A DNA stretch of 64,000 nt from Haliotis rubra (GCF_003918875.1 NW_025767523.1:372001-436000); one strand, 5' to 3'; positions 38,770 to 51,947 are shown, counted from the first letter of the stretch. Notes: generated by a model from the letters alone, not told the origin. Made by a program: numbers and translations.

Positions 38770-39155
38770 TGATGAGAAATAAGAAAGGTACGTTACTCTT
38801 ATGGATAACAATTTCTTTATTATAGTATGATGCGACGTTTCGGTTTAGATTCTTATACCGTTGTCAAGCAAGAGTAAAGGAATAGAGCACAGAACCGACC
38901 TATATACATGTAACAGGGATTAAGTAAGACAACATGAGGGTATGTATAAAGAGGGGGTAAGGAAACAACAACAGTGAATATGGGTAATTATGCAGTAACA
39001 ATAGTAGGAAGCCAACTGTGATGAGGCAGGTCAAAGAATACACAGCAGATAGGTTTAATTAGCAAGGATGATGGCTGGAGTGCTCTTTTATCAGTTCATT
39101 ATAGGCGTTGACGGAGAATTAGGCTTTGTTATCCAAATTTCTTGTCCTTGTAGTG
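38770..39155 (-). mobile_element. Penelope-like element terminal (pLTR-type) fragment inserted in an L2 remnant
   Basis: Contains a minimal hammerhead motif followed by AATAAA on the minus strand; L2 RT remnants on both sides. Confidence 0.55.
38831..38870 (-). ncRNA. Minimal type I hammerhead ribozyme motif (U3-A8 variant)
   Basis: Minus strand reads UGC-UUGACAA-C-GGU..ACC-GAAA-C-GUC-GCA. Confidence 0.6.
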
Positions 39156-39159
39156 AGTC

Positions 39160-39475
39160 TTACGGCTGAACTTTGAGCATGCAGTAGCTTGTTGATGAGA
39201 CGTTTAGGGAGACCAAACAGAAAAGCGTTACAATAGTCCAGGTGTGATAAGACACAGGACTTGACTGACATTGCTGCAGTTTCGTTATCAATTTATTTCC
39301 TGATCTGGCTGATATTTCTGATAATAAGGTAAGCTTTCTGGCAGACTTTGTTGATATGTGGCTCACAGCTGTACATAACAGGGGTCCGAGGACAGAACCT
39401 TGAGGGACGCCATATTTGAGTTGCACTTTTTGTGAAAGATAGTTATTGCTTTTTACTGCTTGATATCTTCCTATG
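39160..39475 (-). pseudogene. L2/CR1 RT fragment
   Basis: YGVPQGSVLGPLL and LDYCNAFLFGL in shifted frames. Confidence 0.75.
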
Positions 39476-40671
39476 AGAAGCAGGTGTCAAACATACATCA
39501 ATGACCATGGTGGACATACACGTTATTGACTGTGAATTTCATTTTGACCGTTCCTTCACTGTGGGAAAAGCGTCTGGCGATCCTATTGTGGAATGATTTT
39601 CATGCAATATTAAAAAGTCTAATCATAAACACATCAGTGTTAACTCATATCTAACTTTTGCCTTTGAGTATATTTCAACCGAACAATGTCTTCTCACCCT
39701 TGTTGCAGACTTGTTCTCGTCGCTATATGGCTGAAATAATGCCGATGTGACGTAAAGCCCAACTCAACTCAGCTCACCCTTGTTACATAGCAACAGTTAC
39801 ACTGTCACATTCCTCATTGTGTTATATTTCTGTTCATCCTCTAGATCCCGGGGCAAGACTAATATGTCGTCTCTAAAAATACACATTGATAGAAACAAAG
39901 AACTCCATAGAAACTGCTTGCTTCGTTCAGGGGTCTAGCATTTCAGTAAGGGCTGAGTGAAACTGGCGGTTATCTTCCAGAAAGGGACTGTGGAACAGGT
40001 TATTCCAGATTTAGCATTTCTGTAAACCTACACCGTGTGATGTAAAACGAGAGAACCCCTTCTCCAAGAGGTAGTGTTGGTTTACCGAAATGCGAGCCCT
40101 GGAGATATTGAGGATGACTTCGGTCGTTGTGCCTGCTTTCCACACCCTGCACGATAAATAGATGTCCTTTTTCGTTTTAGTATAAATGAATCTCGAAAAA
40201 AGTCCCCACTGAGAGCTGTTTCCTTCCAAAAACATTTAACTAAACAACTTTAAGCAGAGACCATATAATAGACTATTACATGATCAGTGCTTAAAGGTAG
40301 TTAAGCTTTCGAAACGTTTTATGGTAGTCATGTAGAGGACATTACAAAATGTGATGCATCTGTAACAAAAATTATGTCAGATGCCATTCCATTCCTTTCT
40401 TTGACGTGTTCCATACTTTCACAAATATTTTCAGATATATTGTCTAGCCTTTGTTAATGTTTGGATGATTGCCTCTGATGGAACAGGATACGGTCATTTC
40501 ATTTGCGAACACCTGGTGTCATCACTCATTCAGGGCGAACACATGCTCTGCCATCGTATCTCATGACAATCACTGGGTTGTAGGACTCCAGTATTAACAG
40601 ACAACCCCTATACAGCTGCAACATTGTTTAGGATGCCTTGAACAAGCAAGCAAACACATATTCATAATATA

Positions 40672-40797
40672 TACTCATCAAAAATAGTTAAGCACCATAC
40701 CAATATTCAATATGTAAGTATTATATGGATCATAATATGAACTATTAAATACTTAATATTGAAAATTGGGGTGGTCCTTAACTTTTGTTGTTGAGTA
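40672..40797. mobile_element. Short Tc1-type MITE
   Basis: TA-CTCATCAAAAATAGTTAAG...CTTAACTTTTGTTGTTGAG-TA imperfect TIRs. Confidence 0.55.
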
Positions 40798-41119
40798 TAG
40801 TTAGAATTGTACAATCAACACTGCTTTTAGCAGGGATTTCTTATGAATGTGGAATGGGTTTTGTAACTTTTAGTTAGGTTCAGAATGCTTGTAAACTGCA
40901 TTTATTCTGATTATTGTAGGTGTTCTAGTTGTGGACACTATGGTGTAACAAATCCTTAATCAAATCAAATTTTGTCCTGAACTACAACAATTACCCACTT
41001 TCATGGACAAATCTATAGATTTAACCATTTCGTTTGATTAATCTATGACTTCACAGATTATAGAGGACAGCAGATTGTTGTGCATTATGGCTGCTGAATA
41101 GCTCACAGTATTTAATATA

Positions 41120-42308
41120 TACTCAGCAGCAAAAAAAACCTGTCAGTACGAATTCAAAAATAGACAGGCACTGTAATCAAATCATTACAGAAATGGACAT
41201 ACGAAGCAGATCAAAAACATTTTTTGTGCACAATATCTTGACACATCAATGAATAACTCAGCACAATTTCAAGACATTACATGAACGTTTGCAGTCCATT
41301 CAGACCCTTGACTTCAGTATCTAGTGTGACCACGACGTGACAATAACTGCAGCACAGCGTCTATGCATGGAGTGCACCAATCGATTGATGAAGGCCATTG
41401 GCACCTTGAACCACACTCTGGGCGTTCATGCTGGAAAATGTTGTTCCGGTGACGTGCAAAATGTGGTATGACGTGGGGTCTGAGAGCTTGGTCGATATGG
41501 CACACCGCTGTGATGCAGCCTCCTCCCCGTGGACCAAGGTTCTGGAACACCACAGGACCCACTCTCTGGTTCAGGCCTATTCCACCCCATACCATGATGC
41601 TTGCACCTCCACATGAGTCTCTTTCCATAACACATTGGTCTGAGTAACGCTGGCCATGTCGTCGCCATATTCTTGTTCTGCCATCTGCAGTTGATACGTA
41701 GTACCGACTCTCATCTGTGAGCAGAACAGTTCTCCATTGCCTGTATCGCCAGTTCTGGTGTTCTAAGGCAAACTATAGACGTTCATGCCAATGACGAGGG
41801 GTGAGGATAGGTCCACGGTCAGGTCGTCTTGTGGTCACCCTTGGTCTGCCAGTACAGGGGCGATCATTTGTAGTGTTGGTGGTCCAGAAACGTTGCTTTA
41901 GCCTGTAGATGGTCCGAAAGTTGACCTGGAAGTGATTGGCAACGGCTTGTATAGTGTAGCCAGCTTCAAGTCTTCCTAGCGCCTGGTTCCTCTGAGCTGC
42001 CATGAGTCGCAGCATCATGCTGACATTGTAATGTGAATGTTTCAACCAGGTTTTGGGGTGCATTTTATAGGGCTGGTCCTTGTGAACAGCAGGTGCAGCA
42101 TGAGTTGCATGAAAAACATGGAGAACACCGTACCATCTCCGAGATCAGGTTGCGTTTTGGAGACCATTTCCTGAGTTTGGGAAGAAATGTCTTTGCTCAG
42201 GTAAAGTTGGAGATGTCAAAAATATACAATCAAAACATAAAATGAGTTTACAGTTATCCGCTTCTGCGAAGGAAAATTCCAAACTGACGTTTCTTTTGCT
42301 GCTTAGTA
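41120..42308 (-). mobile_element. Tc1-like transposon, degenerate, with both TIRs
   Basis: TIRs TACTCAGCAGCAAAA / TTTTGCTGCTTAGTA flanked by TA; QRNQALGRLEAG..GRPRVTT, VLLTDESR, GGASIMVWGGI and GHTRY. Confidence 0.85.
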
Positions 42309-42799
42309 TATGATGAAATAAAATTCCCTGGTCGTTGGGGATGGTACCATCCCATCAATCAAAAAATATTACACATAGTGAATACTTAAAAATATCACCA
42401 AAATTGGAACTCCATTCAACACCTTTTTTTTCAACCAATCCCATTGCAGCATCCACTCATTTCACAAGAAAAGATAATACAACACGTAATCATATTATTC
42501 CTTGCGTTTATTACTCGGAACATGATATGGTTGGAAAGTAACTATCAAATATTACAAGGAGTTCTGTTCAAGGACAGTTCAGTATTAATTTGCATCCAAA
42601 CACGAGGATCTCAATGTTATATCTGGGTGTGTTCACCTATGTAGCCACACAGATGGGATCAAACTCAAGATTTAAAATAAACAAACAAAACAGCCCTTCG
42701 TACTACCATCATGTCAAGGTATATTCATCATGTGGACTATATATATACACTGTATGCAATGTATACAACAGAGCAAGCCTTATATAACATCTTCTAGGG

Positions 42800-42952
42800 G
42801 CGATATATTCTATAACGCATCAACTTCTTTGCGAAACATTCAATAACGCATCAGTTTCCTGGCGATATATTCAATAACGCAATTGCTTCTGTGTGATATA
42901 TTCAGTAACACATCAACCTCCATGCAATATCTCCTATACTGCACCAACCCCT
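42800..42952. repeat. Degenerate 31-bp tandem repeat, ~5 copies
   Basis: GCGATATATTCAATAACGCATCA-type unit starting at 42800, 42831, 42862, 42893 and 42924. Confidence 0.7.
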
Positions 42953-45453
42953 TGAGTACCATGCAAAATATTCATTGAGATGACTTCAGGCAAATCGTAC
43001 ACTACATCATCTTTCATGAATAATTTTCTGTCAAGATTCCACCCATTTCTGACATATTCAGATTCATGTCAAATCCTCTGTAATAATTCTGCAACTTGTC
43101 TCTGTTCATGTAATTTTTCATCACTACATCCATATGCACGACTTTCATTTATACTACCCAACACTTGTTAAAGACCAGTCACGTATAGTCAAAGGTGTGT
43201 TCCTTAGCAAACAATGGGTACTATATACCATCCTTGAGAACACATGTGCTTGAGTGTTTGATAAACCCCTCACATAATGCATGGAAATGATTTTATTTTT
43301 GAAGGAGATTCATTCCATAAACCCATGTCATAAAAGTTTCTTTTCATTCTTCGGTGCAAATCATGCACAGGTTTAGGCAAACATTTGGGTAATAGCCAAA
43401 AACAAGGTGAAAATTTCAGGAAAATATTTGGACTATAACAACTGTAACATTTCATACAGCATTATGAAAAACTGAGGTGCTAAACTGACAAAAGTCCAAC
43501 ACAAGGGAATTGTTGCAAGTGTAAAACCTGCTCTAATGGCATCCATATTGAAACAGTCACACCTCTGCTGTCACAACATACTGTGTTCCTAGCTACTAGT
43601 TCCACTTGTGTGACCATTTCTTTAGATGATAAATGAAATCAATAAATCGTACAAAAATGTTTTGGCATACATATATTAAGTTGAAAATCATTTCAAAATT
43701 GCATATGTCTTTTAAATTTAGGCCACCTGAACTCAAGCAGAAAAGATGATCGAAAAGGCTGTAAGAAAATAGTATTTCTTGCAAAGGTCATAAAAATTGT
43801 ACATATTGCTCGAGGCAAACTTAAAAAAGTCATAAATTACTTAGAAATTTGTATATCAACATTGTATAATCTTTGTACAATATATCTATATAAATAGGTT
43901 AAAAATACAAGATTTGCATATATTGTAGAGACCCTGATAGAAAGCAAGAAGAGAAGAGTCGACAACTATCTACAAGGCCTATATACACAAGTGAAGACAT
44001 TATGCAGGGGAGGTAAGAATAGGTGTCAACAGCATATATATATATATACAGTAATTACACATAGGTTTGTACGCAGAACTCAAACTACACATTGAAGCAT
44101 ATGAATGTGGAATATTCACAAGTCATTTAAAACTTCATACTATTAATTAGATCCTAAGATATTCATTCAACACGACGCATATGGAAATTTTGAAACAATA
44201 AACTCTCTTTCTAAACACAACAAACCCCCCCACCCCCACAATAAAAAAAAAATGTCACAATTCACATTGGACAAAATATTTAATTCTTTAATGCTGGTAT
44301 ATGAAAATTATGCAAATGCATCCACAGAAATAACGTTATTTTTCATTTAGCATATAACATGAGATCTCAAGAAATATTCATATATCAGATAAATATGATT
44401 AACTTATGCCTAGAACACAGTAATTCATAACTTTTAAAATTAATCAAACACGGATATATGGTTTATATACCACAGGAACTAATATATATATCTCTAAAAC
44501 CAGGCAAATGATATGTTAATGTTGACGGTTACTTGGGTTACTAGGCGATACAAAATTTGGTATGTTATTGTATGCTTCATTTTTTAACTTACGAAACACA
44601 ACTTAAGTTGAATGGCTGTTTCATTGGTGAAGAAGCGTTATGGCAGTTTGTAGCAAACAAGATCACAAGGCACACAAAGAAGATACTTTTCTCCTAAAAC
44701 ATATTTCAATGTTACATTTGGCTAATCCCACAGATTTAGACATTGGTTTATATACACATTCTGCACACAAAGACTGAATTAACCAATCAGATTAACAGAT
44801 TGTGCCTTGTGCTTTTTTATCTCGCTTTTTAAAGATATTCATTCTCTGAGATAAGTCCAAATACTCATATCTTTTGACACCTTTCAATATTCAAATCAGG
44901 AGATATATCAACAGATATATGCGAACAGTTATTAAAAAATAACAACCTAACAAATGTCATTCATACACAAGAAATCTCATTTATTCAAGACTTATTGCCA
45001 AACATGCATACTAATTCATTTTTTTCAATTTTATTATAATAAAACTTCACAATTCCTACTTCTTTCACATGTATGTGTAAAACAGTATCAAACTATAGAA
45101 TTTGAAAAATATCCATTTATTGACAGGAAAAGATCAAAGACTCCAAATCAGGACTACATGTTAAAAAAACACTTGACATTTTATGCATATTTTATGCATT
45201 TCAAAAAGATATTTATATAAACTGTATGCTTATATAATCAAGGCACACAGTAACATGATGTTTTATTGGCTAAAAAGGAATTATTGAAATGAGGATGGAG
45301 TGAAAACCAAGACCCTAGCTAGCTATCCATTTCACCACAAGGCACCGCAAACCATCGTCCGTGGAATAACCCAGTCCTTCAGCCAGAACTTATCTTTACT
45401 TATTAGTCAACAGTTGTATTGTCAGAATAATTATTGTATCTTCCAGTGTTGTT

Positions 45454-45531
45454 CTATCGTACATGTTTCTTGCAGAAGGGCTTTCCAGCCTTGACATAGA
45501 AAGGAGCACCTTCCAAACTAATTTGGCAAGT
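45454..45531 (-). CDS. Zasp: Terminal coding exon (end of last LIM): TCQISLEGAPFYVKAGKPFCKKHVR*
   Basis: Polypyrimidine tract plus CAG acceptor at 45532-45534; phase 0; TAG stop. Confidence 0.92.
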   Translation of the reverse strand, partial: TCQISLEGAPFYVKAGKPFCKKHVR

Positions 45532-45879
45532 CTGAAAAAGAAAGAGTGACAGAAAGTTAGCAGACGTATGATGAAAAGTCCACCTCAAATCAAGCTAAAC
45601 ATTTCCTCAGACAAATTCTGTGTATTCAAATTTAAGAAATACTCCAAATATAACCTTATGTAATGAGTTGTTTGAGATAAGCTGCAGGTTAATATTACCC
45701 CATACAGAACAAAGCGCAAAAAACATGTAATGTTACTTGAAGAAAAAGAAGTCATCAAGTATAAATTAATAAAGCTTTGACATACATACATTTATTCATA
45801 TTTTCAAAATTACTCTTAAAAGCACAGCGAGACAAACTTGGCATTGGTTATGAACAGCATACAAAGGGAGGTAACTCAC

Positions 45880-45995
45880 CGAGCAGTTGAAGCATTCTGA
45901 ATGGAAGTTCTTGCCCATGGCCTCAACCCATTTGTCGCCGGGTTCAATGGGGAAGCTGCACCCAGAGCACATTGTCTGGAACATGGCGTTCCAAT
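45880..45995 (-). CDS. Zasp: LIM exon DWNAMFQTMCSGCSFPIEPGDKWVEAMGKNFHSECFNCS
   Basis: TAG acceptor, GTGAGT donor, phases 1/0. Confidence 0.92.
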
Positions 45996-46152
45996 CTACG
46001 GACAAAACAATTATATGGATGAAAATGTGAAAATTTGTCCTGAATGATTATCCTGTCATGAATACACAGTAGCTCTTACAAAACTTAAGCCAAACAAATT
46101 TAGAGCGTCTATTCAATAGGCCTAATTCTTCATTAAAATTTGCACAGGGACA

Positions 46153-47983
46153 CAACCATGGGGTACTGGGGACCTAGTGTGTCCTGGAATCTCCATTGGG
46201 AGACATGCATGGGGTACTGGGGACCTAGACTGCCCTGGAATCTCCATTTGGAGACATGCATGGGGTACTGGGGACCTAGACTGACCTGGAATCTCCTTTG
46301 GGAGACATGCATGGGGTACTGGGGACCTAGACTGTCCTGGAATCTCCATTGGGAGACAAGCATGGGGTACTGGGGACCTAGTCTGTCCTGGAATCTCCAT
46401 TGGGAGACAAGCATGGGGTACTGGGGACCTAGACTGTCCTGGAATCTCCATTGGGAGACAAGCATGGGGTACTGGGGACCTAGTCTGACCTGGAATCTCC
46501 ATTGGGAGACAAGCATGGGGTACTGGGGACCTAGACTGTCCTGGAATCTCCATTGGGAGACAAGCATGGGGTACTGGGGACCTAGACTGTCCTGGAATCT
46601 CCATTGGGAGACAAGCATGGGGTACTGGGGACCTAGACTGACCTGGAATCTCCATTGGGAGACAAGCATGGGGTACTGGGGACCCATAGACTGACCTGGA
46701 ATCTCCATTGGGAGAGACAACCATGGGGTACTGGGGACCTAGTCTGACCTGGAATCTCCATTGGGAGACAAGCATGGGGTACTGGGGACCTAGACTGACC
46801 TGGAATCTCCATTGGGAGACAAGCATGGGGTACTGGGGACCTAGACTGACCTGGAATCTCCATTGGGAGACAACATGGGGTACTGGGGACCTGGACCCAT
46901 TGGGATTACTGTCCTGGAATCTCCATTGGGAGAGACAAGCATGGGGTACTGGGGACCTAGACTGACCTGGAATCTCCATTGGGAAACAAGCATGGGGGGG
47001 ACCTGGGGACCCATTGGGAGACAAGCATGGGGTACTGGGGACCTAGACTGGAATCTCCATTGGGAGACAAGCATGGGGTACTGGGGACCTAGACTGACCT
47101 GGAATCTCCATTGGGAGGCAACCATGGGGTACTGGGGACCTAGTCTGTCCTGGAATCTCCATTGGGAGACAACCATGGGGTACTGGGGACCTAGTCTGTC
47201 CTGGAATCTCCATTGGGAGACAACCATGGGGTACTGGGGACCTAGTCTGTCCTGGAATCTCCATTGGGAAACAAGCATGGGGTACTGGGGACCTATTCTG
47301 TCCTGGAATCTCCATTGGGAGACATGCATGGGGTACTGGGGACCTAGTCTGTCCTGGAATCTCCATTGGGAGACAAGCATGGGGTACTGGGGACCTAGTC
47401 TGTCCTGGAATCTCCATTGGGAGACAAGCATGGGGTACTGGGGACCTAGTCTGACCTGGAATCTCCATTTGGAGACATGCATGGGGTACTGGGGACCTAG
47501 ACTGTCCTGGAATCTCCATTGGGAGACATGCATGGGGTACTGGGGACCTAGACTCTGTCCCATGGAATCTCCATTGGGAAACAAGCATGGGGTACTGGGG
47601 ACCTATTCTGTCCTGGAATCTCCATTTGGAGACAAGCATGGGGTACTGGGGACCTAGTCTGACCTGGAATCTCCATTGGGAGACAAGCATGGGGTACTGG
47701 GGACCTATTCTGTCCTGGAATCTCCATTTGGAGACATGCATGGGGTACTGGGGACCTATTCTGTCCTGGAATCTCCATTGGGAAACAAGCATGGGGTACT
47801 GGGGACCTATTCTGTCCTGGAATCTCCATTTGGAGACAAGCATTGGGTACTGGGGACCTAGTCTGTCCTGGAATCTCCATTGGGAGACAAGCATGGGGTA
47901 CTGGGGACCTAGTCTGTCCTGGAATCTCCATTGGGAGACAAGCATGGGGTACTGGGGACCTAGTCTGTCCTGGAACATCCATG
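46153..47983. repeat. Intronic 51-bp minisatellite (~35 units)
   Basis: Unit CATGGGGTACTGGGGACCTAGACTGTCCTGGAATCTCCATTGGGAGACAAG; 17-aa periodicity in the ORF track. Confidence 0.97.
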
Positions 47984-48038
47984 GAACCTATATCACCTTG
48001 AATCCCCTCTCCCAATGACATGCTGGGCCCTGACTCAC

Positions 48039-48159
48039 CTTTCTCACAGTAAGGGTTTCCGTCCTCGATGTGGAACTGGTTTCCACCAATGGGCTGCTTG
48101 CATTGGAAGCACAGGAAACACTGAGGATGGTAACTCTTCTGCAGAGCATTCACACATTC
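48039..48159 (-). CDS. Zasp: LIM exon ECVNALQKSYHPQCFLCFQCKQPIGGNQFHIEDGNPYCEK
   Basis: CAG acceptor, GTGAGT donor, phases 0/1. Confidence 0.92.
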
Positions 48160-48192
48160 CTGGAAACAAAACACAGTACATTCAGCACTTGG

Positions 48193-48368
48193 TGAGTGAG
48201 TAAGTGAGTTTTTACACTTCTTTTAGCAATAGTCCAGCAATATTCCAGCAATATCACGGCGGGAGACACCAGAAAATGGCGACACACAATGTACCCATGT
48301 GGAGAATCAAACCCAGGTCTTCGGAGTGATGAGCAAACGCTTTAACCACTAGGTTACCACTCCGCCCC
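48193..48368 (-). mobile_element. tRNA-derived SINE with a (CACT)n-type tail
   Basis: A-box-like TAACCTAGTGG and B-box-like GGGTTTGATTC on the minus strand; related partial copy at ~63484-63585. Confidence 0.65.
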
Positions 48369-49122
48369 TCAGCACTTAGTGAGTAAATCTATACAATTCC
48401 TGAAATAATGCTTAGAATTCATGCCTTGCTCCCACACTGGACAAGCTGAATTTCAATTAACAACTTATACACAGAAACCATTGAACTGCAATAACTCAAT
48501 TCAATACTCAAAACCTACTTCCACATGAGACACAGCATGAAAATAACAAAACATAAGAAAGTGTGGTTTCAAAAACAATTAAGATTTAAACTTATAAACC
48601 TCCAGTGACGTCACATTATTGTCTCCTTTTACCAAGTAAACCTGTACAGGCAGTTTCGCGGGCATTCTCCAAGAAATCCAGTGGATTTTCTACAAAACTG
48701 CCCCCATCCAGGGAATTTTTTTTAGGAATAACCCTTGACTTTGAATTATTTTTCTCCTTTTGAAGATTGATATCTTTTGAAGATTGATATAAGTCTTGCT
48801 AATACTGAATACGATAATAAAATATCACATTATTGAAAACATCCAATATATTGTGCTGATGCGTGGTTTCGAACCTGCAACCCTTCACTTACTTGCTTGG
48901 CGGTTTTATCCACTAGGCTACGAAGAATCACTGAAGAATGAGATTGTTTGTCAGTATGAACCATGTGTTCCTCACAAGACGGGTAGTGCGGCCAGCACAC
49001 GTACGGAACATGGGTAGCGCGTGCAGAACACCCCCAACAGTTGCAGTTGCCATCAAGAACAGTCATATTATAAAAGGGTGTTCGACAACTTATTTTGAGT
49101 AGTATACATAATAAAAACTTAC

Positions 49123-49309
49123 TCCAACAATGGCAGCATTGCACTTAGTACATTTGGGGGCAAAGTACAGCTCGTAGTCTCGCTCACAGTAGAGATAGCC
49201 GCCCTCCTCCACGAAGCCGATGTCAATCAGCTTGACACCACAGCGGGGGTTGGCACAGATAAAATGATCGGGACACCACGTCTTGCCCATGGCAACCACA
49301 AATGGACCT
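49123..49309 (-). CDS. Zasp: LIM exon GPFVVAMGKTWCPDHFICANPRC..YCERDYELYFAPKCTKCNAAIVG
   Basis: CAG acceptor, GTAAGT donor, phases 2/0. Confidence 0.93.
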
Positions 49310-49623
49310 CTGGAACACACAAACCAAGTCTTGTGTTTCAAACATTTTGTTTGTAAGTACTGTAATAAGTGTTCAGGATCCCAATCATGAAGTGCCTGTA
49401 GTATTACAAGCTATCGTAACAGTATAGCTAAACATAGGCTTACAAATGACATTGTGTGTTAACACTTTATGGATTGGGCCCTTCAAAAACTAAAATTTGA
49501 AACAATTCATGCTGATCTTTGTACCGAGGATTTCAAAATAAAACTCAAACAAAGGTTATTTCACAACTTTAGAGTTGTTTAAAACTACAAGTTTGTGTAA
49601 GCAATAAGGTGTCAAATCTTTAC

Positions 49624-49984
49624 CTAATGGTATTCCCGCACTGGGCACAGGTGGCCACTCTGGGAATGTCAGCTCCAGTTGCTCCCTGTTGGCGCACCAC
49701 AGCATCACCCTTTTTAAACTTTGTTGCTCCCTTGCCGGTAGGCTTGGGCACAGGGCCTCGGCCCATAGGTCCTCCCATAGGTCCTCCCATAGGTCCTCCC
49801 ATAGGTCCTCCCATGGGTCCTCCCATAGGTCCTCCCATGGGTGCCCCCTTGGCTGGGCCAAGAGGTGGTGGTGCAGGGGCTGAGGGGGCCCATGGCTTGG
49901 CAGCAGGGGTACTGGCCGGCACTGGGGCTGGGGCTGGGGCTGGGCCTGGGGCTGGCTTAGGTGGAGCCCATCCAGAGTGTTTGG
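49624..49984 (-). CDS. Zasp: Pro/Gly-rich linker exon with a (GGPM)n repeat and the start of the first C-terminal LIM (CAQCGNTIR)
   Basis: TCTCTCTTCAG acceptor, GTAAAG donor, phases 1/2, 361 bp open. Confidence 0.88.
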
Positions 49985-50192
49985 CTGAAGAGAGAAAATA
50001 CTTCTGTGTTCAATGGTGACAAAATGTTTCTGGACTTCTATTCTGGTCATCGTCCACTCATCCACATATCCTATCTGTCCGGGAGATGTGGAGTCTATTC
50101 CTTCTGTCTCAACATGCTTCCATCCATTTGCAAATCTCTCATTCATCCATCAGTAGATAACCTATATTAACAATCCATTTATCCCTTTAACA

Positions 50193-50540
50193 CAGATCAC
50201 CCTCCCAATGCAGATCACCCTCCCAACGCAGATTATCCTACCAACGCAGATCACCCTACCAATGCAGATTGCAGATTATCCTCCCAATGCAGATCACCCT
50301 CCGAATGCAGATCACCCTCCCAACGCAGATTATCCTACCAATGCAGATCACCCTCCCAACGTAGATTATCCTCCCAACGCAGATCACCCTCGCACCGCAG
50401 ATTATCCTACCAATGCAGATCATCCTACCAATGCAGATCATCCTACCAATGCAGATCACCCTCCCAACGCAGATCACCCTCCCAATGCAGATCACCCTCC
50501 CAACGCAGATCACCCTACCAATGCAGATCACCCTCCCAAC
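50193..50540. repeat. Intronic 18-bp minisatellite (GCAGATCACCCTCCCAAY)
   Basis: About 19 units read directly. Confidence 0.95.
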
Positions 50541-50559
50541 ACGCCAACACCCAACGTAC

Positions 50560-50597
50560 CTCCTCCAGCTGCCTGTCCAGGTGTTACTCCTCCACCG
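50560..50597 (-). CDS. Zasp: 38-bp microexon (GGGVTPGQAAGG)
   Basis: (GTTT)n-ACAG acceptor, GTACGT donor; phases 2/1 bridge the neighbouring exons exactly. Confidence 0.75.
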
Positions 50598-51947
50598 CTG
50601 TAAACAACAAACAAACAAACAATCAACAACAGGTACATGCAATGTAAAGTGTTCAGCAAAACAAATAGTTTCATCTGAAAGGAAGACTTTAATTTCTAAT
50701 TTCACAAAAACAATTCAGAGTATTACTACATGTATATCCATTAAAGGAGGGTTCTGACCCACAGTACATTGTTAAAGTGCAAAGACGTAAACAGTTATAA
50801 CACAGTAAAGACATACACAAGTACTGTTTGTCTACAACTAATCGCTAGTCTACTATTAGTAGGCTTGGAGCAGAACAGATTAATATCTCATGCACATAAT
50901 GCTAAACTATGTCATTATATGTGATTATTCCAACATGTTCCATATGTTAAACAATAGCAAAATATATTCACAGACTTAATCACAATAATCACTGATGGTT
51001 GAAATGAGCAGCTTAATCACATTTTCAAACTAACTGGGCCTCCTTTGTCTTATTCCAGATCTTCCTACTCTACAGATTTAGGCTGTATTACATTTTGGGA
51101 TTTTCTTTGACATACCGGTACCCCCAACATCATCATATTGGTCCACGTATCAAAAAGAGTATTAGTACAAGCACTACCTTTTTGTTTTCATGATGACCCA
51201 CCCTATACACATTGTATCACCAAAGATGAACACTTCAAGAGAATCACATCCATTAACAGTTAATACAATGAGAATAATATTATGAATTACATATACAATG
51301 TGATCAGTACATACATACAAGGATACAAGTATTGGTAAGTTCTCTATCTCATCTTACAGTGGGTTACAAAATGTAAAATCCCCCTCCCAATATTTTTTTA
51401 CAATGGGGATGGGAATCTAATATATTATATCATCGATTTAACTTGGCTGGTCTATGACGGGTGATGGTAAAGTTGGAGCTAAAAATATCCACATACAGGT
51501 AATAACAAAAATAACTGATTTCTTAAATTTGTAAATTAACTTGTTTTTGACTGCTAACAGAACTATAATGTATACAAAATATATAAGATTAGTTTATTAC
51601 ATTAAATCACCACAAAATACCACTGACTCAAACAAACGATTTCAATAAATTTCAAATTTTTTATTACTGGCAAATACATCATCAGTATTTTACAGTCTTG
51701 TATAAACTAAGTATGTATTGTATAGAAGACTGAATAATACCAATAACTGATTAAAAAAACATATCTACCAGTTTGACTGCTTTTCCTTTTCCTATTTCAA
51801 TCATAAATTATCAGGTTTTTTCAGACCTTAATCTATATTATGTCTAATTCTACATGAGTTGTCTCCCTTGCCCCATGTTCCCACTGTCCCACAGCGATTG
51901 TCCCCCTTATGCGTGACCATGACCTCGACTGCCCCTCATTACCATAC

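Noticed and set aside
46153-47983. CRISPR-like array or repeat-protein genes from the many long ORFs
   Set aside because: Head-to-tail 51-bp units with no unique spacers, inside an intron of a eukaryotic gene; the ORFs follow from a 3n stop-free unit.
48858-48925. tRNA gene
   Set aside because: Only degenerate A/B-box similarity with no convincing cloverleaf; more likely a SINE head.
50208-50757. NADHPP- and MQITLP-repeat ORFs
   Set aside because: Translations of the 18-bp intronic minisatellite, antisense to the host gene.
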